Assembly: GCA_034530615.2 (NCBI GenBank)
Contig: JAVRCV020000004.1
Location: forward strand, 1 to 64,000
Direction of reading: 5' to 3'
DNA: 64,000 nucleotides
Source: Aulosira sp. ZfuVER01
Lineage (GTDB): Bacteria > Cyanobacteriota > Cyanobacteriia > Cyanobacteriales > Nostocaceae
Translations under genes and position numbers: made by a program
Shown here: positions 39,410-48,733 of the stretch, one piece after another
Layout of the letters: the number at the start of each line of letters is the position of its first letter
Numbering within the stretch: the stretch's first letter is position 1
Notes under the pieces: model-generated
The model's input: the letters and a program-made list of their open reading frames with translations, nothing else
Told to the model about the DNA's origin: nothing
Database searches by the model: none

Positions 39410-40549
39410 TTAGTTAGCGACTCGATTTTTTGACCGATAAAAAGGTCGTTTAACCACATTTGTTGGGTAAGCTTTACCGCGAATTTCCACTTCTAGTTGC
39501 TGACCTGTAGTGGCTAGCTGGGAAGGGACGTAAGCTAAGGCAATGGGATAACCGAGTGTAGGTGATAGTGTACCACTGGTAACTTCCCCTACTACTCTAC
39601 CTGAAGATAATACTTGATACCCATGACGAGCAATATTCCTGCCTGGCATTTGCAAACCTACTAGCCGACGCTGCACACCCGCCGCTTTTTGCTGTTCTAA
39701 AACTGTACGACCAATAAAATCACCCTTGGTATCTAAGTGAACTAGCCATCCCAAACCAGCTTCTAAGGGGGTGGTGCTGTCATCGATATCTTGCCCGTAA
39801 AGCGCCATTGCTGCTTCTAATCTGAGGGTATCTCTAGCACCCAGTCCACAGGGAACCACACCAGCATCATAAAGACGTTGCCACAATTCTACGCCTACCT
39901 CTGGATCGACCATGACCTCAAATCCATCTTCGCCGGTATAACCTGTGCGAGCGAGGAAGCCTGTCTTTCCTAGTACTAGTGCTTGGAGGTGTCCAAAGGC
40001 TTTAATTGGGTTTAAATCTGCTTCCACAAACAGCTGGAGAGAATTAATGGCTTTTGGCCCTTGTACAGCAATTAAAACTTTGTCTTTTGACAAGTCTTGA
40101 AATTCAACTGCATTCAGGTCAAGGTGTTGCAATAACCAAGCTTTATCTTTACCTGTGGTTGCCGCATTGACAATAATCGCTGCCTTTTGTTTACCAGTGG
40201 TGTCTTCACCTTGGTAATAAACAATAATGTCGTCAATAATTCCACCCTGAGGATTTAACAATACTGTGTATTGCGCTTGACCAGGTTTTAAGCGGCTTAA
40301 ATCTGAGGGTACTAAAACCTGAAGCTGAGAAAGTAGGTTTCCACCTTGGAGAGTAAATTTACCCATGTGGGAAATATCGAACATACCTGCTGTATTTCTT
40401 ACAGCCTCGTGTTCCCGGCTAATGCCAGTAAACTGCACCGGCATTTCCCAACCACCAAAGCTGGTGAGGCGGGCCCTGAGTTCTATAGCTATTTGATATA
40501 AAGGAGTTCGGGCCAAAGATTGGGCGTTTTCTGATTCTTGATTAGCCAC
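39410..40549 (-). CDS. gcvT: Glycine cleavage system aminomethyltransferase T
   Basis: FGGWEMP, FDISHMG, RTGYTGEDGFE, GLGARDTLRLEA. Confidence 0.97.
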   Translation of the reverse strand: MANQESENAQSLARTPLYQIAIELRARLTSFGGWEMPVQFTGISREHEAVRNTAGMFDISHMGKFTLQGGNLLSQLQVLVPSDLSRLKPGQAQYTVLLNPQGGIIDDIIVYYQGEDTTGKQKAAIIVNAATTGKDKAWLLQHLDLNAVEFQDLSKDKVLIAVQGPKAINSLQLFVEADLNPIKAFGHLQALVLGKTGFLARTGYTGEDGFEVMVDPEVGVELWQRLYDAGVVPCGLGARDTLRLEAAMALYGQDIDDSTTPLEAGLGWLVHLDTKGDFIGRTVLEQQKAAGVQRRLVGLQMPGRNIARHGYQVLSSGRVVGEVTSGTLSPTLGYPIALAYVPSQLATTGQQLEVEIRGKAYPTNVVKRPFYRSKNRVAN

Positions 40550-40703
40550 AGCTATTTTTGCTTTCGCGATCGCACTTCAACATCTATCCTACGAGATTAG
40601 GCAAGGCTGAAAATTTCATACCTCAACTTTCACACTTAATACTTCAGTACAGTGCGGTTTAATAGTTAAAGGTGTAAATGTTGAGATTTATTAAGCAAAA
40701 ATT

Positions 40704-41198
40704 ATGAAGTATGGACAACTACTAGCTAGCTTTGTCTTAGCTATGGTTCTTTTTTTGTTTCCCCTATCAGCGCAAGCTGCAAGTTCTTCCAGCATTACCC
40801 GTTCTGCTGGCGACGAACTCAAAGGTAAAGATTACTCTGGACAAAGTCTCATTGGCAGCGAATTTACCAATGTTAATTTAGACAACGCTAATTTTAGCAA
40901 TGCTGACCTCCGTGGCGGCGTATTCAACGGTACGGTTTTACAAGGAGTCAATCTACATGGTGTCGATTTTAGTAATGGCATCGCCTATTTAGCAAAATTT
41001 AGAGGTGCTGATTTAAGCGATGCCGTCTTAACAGATGCCATGATGTTGCGTTCTACCTTCGATAATGTTGACATCACAGGCGCAGATTTTACCAATGCCG
41101 TCTTAGACGGGCCACAAGTTAAGAAACTTTGCGCTCAAGCCAGCGGCGTTAATCCTAAAACCGGCGTAGATACTCGCGAGTCTTTGGGTTGTAAGTAA
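40704..41198 (+). CDS. Pentapeptide repeat protein with signal peptide
   Basis: A(D/N)(L/F)xx repeats; AQA cleavage site; C-terminal cysteine pair. Confidence 0.9.
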   Translation: MKYGQLLASFVLAMVLFLFPLSAQAASSSSITRSAGDELKGKDYSGQSLIGSEFTNVNLDNANFSNADLRGGVFNGTVLQGVNLHGVDFSNGIAYLAKFRGADLSDAVLTDAMMLRSTFDNVDITGADFTNAVLDGPQVKKLCAQASGVNPKTGVDTRESLGCK

Positions 41199-41604
41199 AT
41201 GGGCATGGGGCATTGGGCATTGGGCATGGGGCATGGGATATTGGTTATTTCTCCGCGTCTCCGCGTCCCCTTGTCCCCCTTGTCCCCCTCATCTCCCTCA
41301 TCCTCCGACACAGGGGTTTTTACTAAGTATTTTTTCCTACAAATGGGGTGGTTTCGAGGGAAACAATCACCCCAAAAACACAAAAAATCCTGAAATCTAT
41401 ATAAATTAATGGTTTCATATATCCACATCAGGCTACTACGCCTTAGAATGATTCATTGAAAAGTCGAGCCGACGGGATTTGCAGCCATTTTAAGTAAAAA
41501 TGCTCCCCAAGGATGACTTTTGTATTGCTGCAAACAGAGATTTCCGTAAGGAAACATCAAGTTGCATCTATGGTGAATCTGAAGTAAACCTTAAGGAGTT
41601 TGTC

Positions 41605-41889
41605 ATGAACAAAGGCGAATTAGTTGATGCCGTAGCTGAAAAGGCTAGTGTGACCAAAAAGCAAGCAGATGCAGTTCTGACTGCGGCTTTGGAAACAATC
41701 ATTGAAGCTGTTTCCTCTGGCGATAAGGTAACGCTGGTAGGATTTGGTTCGTTTGAATCACGGGAACGTAAAGCCCGTGAGGGTCGTAACCCCAAAACCA
41801 ATGAAAAGATGGAAATTCCTGCTACCAAGGTTCCGGCTTTCTCTGCTGGGAAGTTGTTTAGGGAAAAGGTTGCACCCCCAAAATCGTAG
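41605..41889 (+). CDS. hup: Histone-like DNA-binding protein HU
   Basis: MNKGELVDAVA...GFGSF...GRNPKT; RBS AAGGAG upstream of ATG 41605. Confidence 0.97.
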   Translation: MNKGELVDAVAEKASVTKKQADAVLTAALETIIEAVSSGDKVTLVGFGSFESRERKAREGRNPKTNEKMEIPATKVPAFSAGKLFREKVAPPKS

Positions 41890-41915
41890 GTTCTGTTTCT
41901 AAGAACCTTGATTTG

Positions 41916-42989
41916 ATGCGGCAAAGAGCACACGGGGGCAATTTAGCTTGGGCAGCAGCACTGGCTGGCTGTCCCCCTGCTGCTATTCTGGATTTTTCTG
42001 CCAGTATTAGCCCTTTGGGGCCACCAAATAGCGCGATCGCGGCTATTCAATCCCAAATTGGTAATCTTAGGCACTATCCAGATCCTAATTACAGTGAACT
42101 GAGGCTCGCTCTCAGTCACTTCCATCAACTGCCTTATGAGTGGATTCTGCCGGGAAATGGTTCAGCAGAATTACTTACATTAGTTGGTCGAGAATTAGCA
42201 CAATTAGCCGCAACAGTTATCATAACTCCAGCTTTTGGCGACTACTACCGAACTCTCACGGCGTATAACGCTCAATTACTGGAGTTTCCTGTTGATGTGG
42301 AATTGGGTGATTTGTCATCTTTCCTTGACAATGCACAAAATTTAAAGGATTTAGGACTACTCATAAACAACCCCCATAATCCAACAGGAAAGCTTTTTTT
42401 AAGGGAATCGATTCTCCCCTACCTGGATAAGTTTGCCTTGGTAGTGGTAGATGAAGCGTTTATGGACTTTTTGCTTCCTGATGAGGAACAAAGTCTGATT
42501 TCGCTGGTACAGGAATATGACAATTTAGTAGTGTTGCGATCGCTTACAAAATTTTACAGTCTGCCTGGGCTGAGACTGGGATATGCGATCGCTCATCCTG
42601 AGTGCCTATCTAAATGGCAGTTGTGGCGTGACCCCTGGCCTGTCAACACATTGGCGGCGGCTGCGGCGATTGCTGCACTCCAGGATAGGGAATTTCAAGA
42701 GCAAACCTGGTTATGGCTACCACCTGCAAGAACTCAACTCCTTCAGGGGTTGGCTGCAATTCCAGGATTAAAACCACAAAACAGTGCTGCTAACTTTTTA
42801 CTTGTAGAGTCAAAACAGCCTATTTTGCAGTTGCAGCAGCAATTACTGACGCACCACAAGATTTTAATTCGCGATTGCCTGAGTTTTAAAGAACTAGGCG
42901 ATCGCTTTTTCCGCGTTGCTGTACGTACTCAAGTTGATAACCAACGCTTACTCACCGCGTTACACTCAGTGATAAGTGCTGAGTGCTAA
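41916..42989 (+). CDS. cobD: Threonine-phosphate decarboxylase
   Basis: HGGN, DFSASI, NPHNPTG, DEAFMDF, RSLTKFYSLPGLRLGY. Confidence 0.88.
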   Translation: MRQRAHGGNLAWAAALAGCPPAAILDFSASISPLGPPNSAIAAIQSQIGNLRHYPDPNYSELRLALSHFHQLPYEWILPGNGSAELLTLVGRELAQLAATVIITPAFGDYYRTLTAYNAQLLEFPVDVELGDLSSFLDNAQNLKDLGLLINNPHNPTGKLFLRESILPYLDKFALVVVDEAFMDFLLPDEEQSLISLVQEYDNLVVLRSLTKFYSLPGLRLGYAIAHPECLSKWQLWRDPWPVNTLAAAAAIAALQDREFQEQTWLWLPPARTQLLQGLAAIPGLKPQNSAANFLLVESKQPILQLQQQLLTHHKILIRDCLSFKELGDRFFRVAVRTQVDNQRLLTALHSVISAEC

Positions 42990-43080
42990 GTTTTGTGTCA
43001 GGTTGTTAGTGGCCAATTATTTCTAATTTTTAATTGGTCACTAACTAATAACCAAAGACAACCAGACAAGGGGGACAAGA

Positions 43081-43420
43081 AATTTTAGATTTTAGATTTT
43101 GCGGAAAGTTGAGCCAGTGCGTTGGGCGGGTTCCCAAGGCACTCCGTTGGGCGGTTTTGCCGACTTGAAGGAAGTGCCGCCGACTTGAAGCAACTGGCGT
43201 TGCCAGGAGGAGCCAGTGCGGTCTTGGGGAGCCAGTCCGTTGCGGGGGTTCCCCCCGTTGAAGGAACTGGCGTGGTCTCCCCCATGAGCATCTGGCGTTG
43301 GTTTCCCTCCGTAGCAAACTTTCCAAGACGGATTTTAGATTGAAATCTAATCCAAAATCGTAAATCCAAAATCTAAAATTGTTTCCAATGCCCAATGCCC
43401 AATGCCCAATGCCCTATGAC
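43081..43420. repeat. Composite of nested SDR5-like elements within STRR tracts
   Basis: Several AGCCAGT...CTGGCGT units nested inside GCGGAAAGTTG...CAAACTTTCCAAGACG, flanked by (TTTTAGA)n and (CCAATGC)n. Confidence 0.8.
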
Positions 43421-43422
43421 AA

Positions 43423-44892
43423 ATGACCATTGACTACGATGTTGTGATTATTGGTGGTAGTCTTGCTGGACGCTATGCTGCCCTGGCTGCTACCCAACTA
43501 AGAGCTAAAGTTGCCTTGGTGGAACCCAAAATCGACTATGGTTCTCTCTATCACCACGCTATTAGCGAAATCGGCAACCTAGCACAGCATCTACGTGATG
43601 CAGTGGGTCTGAGTATTCATCAATCACAGGTTGAAACTCCAGAAAAATCACCAATATCTGTAGTATTGCCAGAGGCGATGCTATATGCTCAAGGCGTTGT
43701 CTCCAATGTGGAAGCACAGCATTCTGCCGCTAACCTAGCCGCCCTAGGAGTGGATGTCATTTTTGACAGCGGTCAATTTCAATCTTCGCCCCATTTAGCA
43801 TTTGCGGTTAGCAATCGCCTGCTACGAGGACGTACCTATTTACTAGCCAGTGGTTCACGTCCCGCCATTCCAGACATTGATGGATTGTCAACAACTGGCT
43901 ACCTTACCCTATCGAACATTTGGCAATTTCTATATAAGGGAGATTCTCCCGGCTCAACACTACCTCAAAATTGGGTAATTCTTGGTGGTGTTCCCCAAAG
44001 CATCGAAGTAGCTCAAACCTTAGCGCGGTTGGGTTGCCGTGTCACACTCATCGTTAAGCGTCCCCAGATTTTACCTAATCTTGACCCAGAAATATCTCAG
44101 TTACTTCAGGCACAGTTAGAAGTTGATGGTGTGCGTGTTATCACCCAAACACCAGTCACTCAAGTCATGCTAATTGAAGATAAAAAGTGGATTCAAGCAG
44201 GAGATAAAGCAATTGAAACGGATGAAATTTTAGTAGCCACTGGACAGCAGCCTAACGTTGAATCCCTAAATTTAGCAGCAGTAGACGTGAAATGGTATCA
44301 GCGTCATCTAGTAGTGAATGAGAAATTACAAACCACTAATCCTCGCATTTATGCTTGTGGTGATGTGATTGGTGGCTATGACTTTGCTAATGTCGCTAAT
44401 TATGAAGCAAGAATAGCGTTAAACAATGCACTCTTTTTTTCGAGGTCACGAGTTAATTATCGATGCATACCTTTAGCAATATTTTCTCAGCCGATGTTAG
44501 CGCAAGTAGGTCTTACAGAAAAAAAGGCAAAACGCCAATATAAACATCATGAAATTTTAGTTCTGCGACAGTATTTTAAAACAGTAGCAGCAGCCCAAAT
44601 CCGTAGCGAAACTACAGGTATTTGTAAATTAATAGTGTTACGGAATGGGGAAATATTAGGAGCCGAGATATTTGGCGCAGCAGCAGGAGAGTTAATTAAT
44701 TTAATTGCCTTAGCAATGTCCCAAAATCTTAAAATTCAGCAGCTAGAGAACTTATCACCTGTATATCCTAGTTTTTCAGAAATTGTAGAACAATGTGTAA
44801 GAGAGTGGCACAAGCAAAAGTTAAATAACAACATTGCTAGGCAAGACTTTCTAGAAAGTTTTTTCCAGTTCCGCCGCGATTGGAATATATAA
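43423..44892 (+). CDS. Flavoprotein disulfide reductase-like (LpdA/MerA family) oxidoreductase lacking the redox cysteines
   Basis: YDVVIIGG, LLASGS, IYACGDVIG and dimerisation domain present; no CxxxxC motif. Confidence 0.85.
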   Translation: MTIDYDVVIIGGSLAGRYAALAATQLRAKVALVEPKIDYGSLYHHAISEIGNLAQHLRDAVGLSIHQSQVETPEKSPISVVLPEAMLYAQGVVSNVEAQHSAANLAALGVDVIFDSGQFQSSPHLAFAVSNRLLRGRTYLLASGSRPAIPDIDGLSTTGYLTLSNIWQFLYKGDSPGSTLPQNWVILGGVPQSIEVAQTLARLGCRVTLIVKRPQILPNLDPEISQLLQAQLEVDGVRVITQTPVTQVMLIEDKKWIQAGDKAIETDEILVATGQQPNVESLNLAAVDVKWYQRHLVVNEKLQTTNPRIYACGDVIGGYDFANVANYEARIALNNALFFSRSRVNYRCIPLAIFSQPMLAQVGLTEKKAKRQYKHHEILVLRQYFKTVAAAQIRSETTGICKLIVLRNGEILGAEIFGAAAGELINLIALAMSQNLKIQQLENLSPVYPSFSEIVEQCVREWHKQKLNNNIARQDFLESFFQFRRDWNI

Positions 44893-44900
44893 ATATCTAA

Positions 44901-45626
44901 TTACGAATTATTAATTACAACCCATACTACTCCTGCTGTCACCAAGGGAACACTGAGGTTATCTGTACCATGAGGTGAAACTCCCTCAGCTAATGTAGCC
45001 AAAGCACCGCTAACAACCGCCGCCAACAAAGCCTTATTCACACCATAAGCTACTGCTAGGGGGCTGAGTGATGAACCTGGTAGTAACAGTAACACCAGAA
45101 AAACTGCTGTCGTACTCGCTAGCAACATTGCTACTGAACCCTCCCAAGAACGGACAGAACTTCCCACTTGGTATTTATGCTGACCGAAACGTCTGCCAAT
45201 TAATGCCGCTAGTGCATCTCCCCAAGTCATCGCCATCACTCCAGCTACAGCAATAGGAACATTATCTACCGGGCCAGAAGGTCGCCATAACAGTCCAAAC
45301 AGTAGTGTTACGGAAATCGCAAAATAGACCGTACCTGGGGAACTATCTTCAGTATCCATTGCACTGATAACTCGGTAACGATAAAGCAAATAGTTAACTG
45401 CAATAAAGCTAGCAAAGGGTACAATGCCAATTTCCCAGCGATTAAAAAGCAGGAGTACGCCAAATACCCACATTCCTGCACCAACATGGATCATTTTACG
45501 AGTCAGATTTGGCTGGATATGAAATACTCTACCCAATGCTTCACCAAATAGAAGTAGAGCGATCGCATAAGCATAGGATGCTGCTAATCCAATAAAATCG
45601 CTATAGCCGATCCAGTTATTATTCAT
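44901..45626 (-). CDS. Phytol/dolichol kinase (cytidylyltransferase family) membrane protein
   Basis: TRKMIH, WGDALAALIGRRFG, RSWEGS, DNLSVP. Confidence 0.85.
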   Translation of the reverse strand: MNNNWIGYSDFIGLAASYAYAIALLLFGEALGRVFHIQPNLTRKMIHVGAGMWVFGVLLLFNRWEIGIVPFASFIAVNYLLYRYRVISAMDTEDSSPGTVYFAISVTLLFGLLWRPSGPVDNVPIAVAGVMAMTWGDALAALIGRRFGQHKYQVGSSVRSWEGSVAMLLASTTAVFLVLLLLPGSSLSPLAVAYGVNKALLAAVVSGALATLAEGVSPHGTDNLSVPLVTAGVVWVVINNS

Positions 45627-45661
45627 TGCCTGATGCCTTGATTCTATTTTGATTCAGCCTG

Positions 45662-45787
45662 ATTACTTTCTCAAAAAAACATATTACTTACTCAAAATAC
45701 CTTATTACTTTTTCCAAACAACATATTACTTACTCAAAATGCCTTATTGCTTACTCGTTAAGGCATTTCGCTTACTCGTTTTGGTGT
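45662..45787. repeat. Degenerate 21-bp tandem repeat, 6 copies
   Basis: Units starting ATTACTT at 45662, 45683, 45704 and 45725, then ATTGCTT 45746 and TTCGCTT 45767. Confidence 0.75.
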
Positions 45788-45914
45788 TTTCCGCAAGTAA
45801 AAAGCTATATTAGCTTATCAATATAATTGAATGCTTTCTCATTCCAGGAATTTACGCATTCATAATCGCATAATGATTTCAGGGTATAGAGTATAGGACT
45901 AAAACATAAAATTT

Positions 45915-46751
45915 ATGGCTTTTGATAATGTTTGTAAAATATTAGCAGAAAAATATCCAGCGGAGTTTGCACGTTGGTTATTACCTAATGAACCACAAAA
46001 AACCGAAGTTTTAAAAACAGAATTAAGCATCGAACCAATTCGCGCCGACTCTGTAATATTTTTACAAACAGAGAATCGGATTTTACATCTCGAATTTCAA
46101 ACAACAGAAAAATCCGAAACTCCCATTCCCTTGCGAATGTTGGATTATTTTGTCAGGCTAGTGCGAAAATATGATGTGCCAATCACGCAGATAATTATTT
46201 TCTTACAAGAGACAAGTAATGAAATCGCTTTTACCGAAGCATACGTCAATGAGATGACAAATCACAGTTATCGAGTTATACGAATGTGGGAACAAGATTC
46301 GGCATTATTTCTGGAGAATCCTGCATTATTACCGTTAGCACCATTAGCACAGACAGATTCACCGCAAACATTATTATCGCAGGTTGCCCAAAGTGTTGCT
46401 AGAATTTCAGATAGAGAGACGAGGCAGAATACTGCTGCCTATGCAGAGATTTTAGCAGGTTTGCGATTTAATAAAGATTTTATTCGTCAGTTATTAAGCG
46501 AGGATATTATGCAAGAATCAGTGATTTATCAGGATATTTTGCAGAAAGGAGAACAACAGGGAGAACAAAAAGAAGCGCTGAGATTTTGTATGTCTTTACT
46601 TAATGAACGCTTTGGTGAAATTGATTCGTCAATTATTGATAGAGTTCAAGTTTTAAATAAGGAAAAGCTAGAAGCTTTAGGAAGAGCGCTTTTAAAAATT
46701 TCATCAATAGCTGATTTATATACTTGGTTAGATCGGCAGGAAAGTAAGTAA
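45915..46751 (+). CDS. Rpn-family PD-(D/E)XK nuclease / putative transposase with DUF4351-like C-terminus
   Basis: RADS...LHLEFQT, RMLDY, MQESVIYQ, RFGE motifs. Confidence 0.85.
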   Translation: MAFDNVCKILAEKYPAEFARWLLPNEPQKTEVLKTELSIEPIRADSVIFLQTENRILHLEFQTTEKSETPIPLRMLDYFVRLVRKYDVPITQIIIFLQETSNEIAFTEAYVNEMTNHSYRVIRMWEQDSALFLENPALLPLAPLAQTDSPQTLLSQVAQSVARISDRETRQNTAAYAEILAGLRFNKDFIRQLLSEDIMQESVIYQDILQKGEQQGEQKEALRFCMSLLNERFGEIDSSIIDRVQVLNKEKLEALGRALLKISSIADLYTWLDRQESK

Positions 46752-46783
46752 AAATTATGAACATCTAGTTGTTGAGTTGTTAC

Positions 46784-48598
46784 TTATCCTCTATCCCTTG
46801 TCCCTTGTCCCTTATCACTCTTACGTTTGAGGTTTTTTTCTGTTAACGAAACACTCCCAATCCCTTGGAGAATTCCGCGACCAATTAAACCCAGACCACG
46901 ACCAATGACTTGGGTGAGAATGAAGACAATACCACTACCAAAAATACTTAATAGCGATTGTATCCGAGGTGCGATCGCATCCCGAAATTCTAAGACTAAA
47001 GTCACAACCAGCGGGATGTTCGATAGTTTTGCTAATTCCTGAGCGCGAGGAGCATAAATTGAAGTTTTAGCAATCCCACGTGGTGCTAAGACAAATAACT
47101 CATAGCGGCTTTCAAAAATTGCCTTTGGCTCATTTATATAATTATTTAACCGATATTTCCAAGATAAATTATTTCTAAACCGTTCAATTTCCCTAGTTGA
47201 AATTAATCTGCGATCGTAATAACTTTGCTTAATAGCTTCTAAATCTGCTAAGGAGTTGAGTAGCGGCTGTACTACTCCATTAGCGACTTGAATCAACAAA
47301 TTCTCTAAAATTATTAATGCTTGTGATTGAGCTTCTGAGCTACCTGCTGGGTAAGAGGTATTATCAACTTGCAAATCTGTTTGAAATAATAGATGAGCAA
47401 ATAACTCTATTGTTAAAGGAATTTTATTAAGGATTTCAATTTGGACTACTTGATAACTTTGCAGTAGTAATCTGACAATTTCTATCTGGCGATCGCCTAC
47501 TTGCAAGCGTGAAAATTTACCAAAAAAATCTGTAGTTGTCACTTGCCACAAATCATATAATATTGTATTTTTTAAATCATCCAATTGATTAAGTGAAATT
47601 TTAGCCACCCTCAGTTCATCTAGTTGTTGAGCCAGTTTTTGCAGAATTAGGTAAAGCAATTCTCGCTTTTTATCTTCACACAAGATATCAATTTCTAAAG
47701 GGATATCTGTGACATTTTCCAGAGGCAATTGCAACTTACTAATACAAGCTGCAAATAAATTAGATTGCAATGCCCTTGGGCTAAGTAAAGGTGGTGAATT
47801 TTGTAGCTGTGGTGAGTCAAATCTAGCAATGGCAATACTTTGAGAAGGAATTGTTGGCGGTGGTAGCTGCACAGAAGATGACATAAATTGTTGCTGCTGT
47901 TCCTGTTGCCTTTCTTGTGGTAAAGCCAACATCCGATTCAGCAGCCAACGTGCTGCTAATAGTTCTCGTCGCCGTCCAGCGAGAATTGCTTTATCCATTA
48001 TTGGTAGTCCAGGCACTTGCAATTGTGCTGTCACAGAGTTGAGGGTGGTTTCTATATAAGCAATTCCTGACAAACGCAAATTATTTCTGAGTCTGACGAA
48101 AGGGAGGGCTGTGTGCTGAGTTTTGAGTGCTGAGTTTTGAGTGCTGAGTTCTGAGTCTTGAGTTTCCTCCTCCCCAAACCAAACAGAACCACCTTGCACT
48201 ACTTCTTGCATAGTCGCTACCAATTCCAAAACGGGAGTTCCTTTAGGACAGTAACCATCTACACCAGCCGCCTTTGCTGCTAAAAGTAGCCCTGGTTCTG
48301 TAACAGAACTGAGGAGTAGTAAGGGCAGATGAGGGTATAAAGCTTTAAGTTGTCCACACAGTTGTAATCCTTGCTGTTGCAGTTTGGGGGAACGATTATT
48401 GCCTAATTCCAAAACTACCAAATTTACTTGGTTAGGGTCTTGTTTAGCTAGTTCTGCTAAAACTTGTAAAGCAGCAGTATCTGTTTCTACTTCCCCGACT
48501 ATCAGCAAATTAGGAATTTCTGCCAATGCTACCCGCAGTCCTAAGCGGAAGATCGGGTCTTGGTCAATTAACAATAATCTTAGAGGGCGATCGCTCAT
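46784..48598 (-). CDS. DUF3685 (Ycf55-like) protein with N-terminal pseudo-receiver domain
   Basis: LLLIDQDPIFRLGL receiver-like N-terminus; STREIERFRNNLSW and GRGLGLIGRGILQGIG. Confidence 0.85.
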   Translation of the reverse strand: MSDRPLRLLLIDQDPIFRLGLRVALAEIPNLLIVGEVETDTAALQVLAELAKQDPNQVNLVVLELGNNRSPKLQQQGLQLCGQLKALYPHLPLLLLSSVTEPGLLLAAKAAGVDGYCPKGTPVLELVATMQEVVQGGSVWFGEEETQDSELSTQNSALKTQHTALPFVRLRNNLRLSGIAYIETTLNSVTAQLQVPGLPIMDKAILAGRRRELLAARWLLNRMLALPQERQQEQQQQFMSSSVQLPPPTIPSQSIAIARFDSPQLQNSPPLLSPRALQSNLFAACISKLQLPLENVTDIPLEIDILCEDKKRELLYLILQKLAQQLDELRVAKISLNQLDDLKNTILYDLWQVTTTDFFGKFSRLQVGDRQIEIVRLLLQSYQVVQIEILNKIPLTIELFAHLLFQTDLQVDNTSYPAGSSEAQSQALIILENLLIQVANGVVQPLLNSLADLEAIKQSYYDRRLISTREIERFRNNLSWKYRLNNYINEPKAIFESRYELFVLAPRGIAKTSIYAPRAQELAKLSNIPLVVTLVLEFRDAIAPRIQSLLSIFGSGIVFILTQVIGRGLGLIGRGILQGIGSVSLTEKNLKRKSDKGQGTRDRG

Positions 48599-48733
48599 AA
48601 TTTGCTCAAAAACAGAAACCCTGTTCTTCCCCAACTAAATAACAACTCTGATACTCCTGATTGTGACTTCTTTAGGCAACCTCCTGAAAAATGAAGCATA
48701 ATTGCGATATGCAGCCATTAACCATGTAATTAA

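Noticed and set aside
40550..40703. Glycine riboswitch upstream of gcvT
   Set aside because: Short AT-rich divergent promoter region with no recognisable aptamer
43045..43395. Three overlapping ORFs
   Set aside because: Fall entirely in nested dispersed repeats
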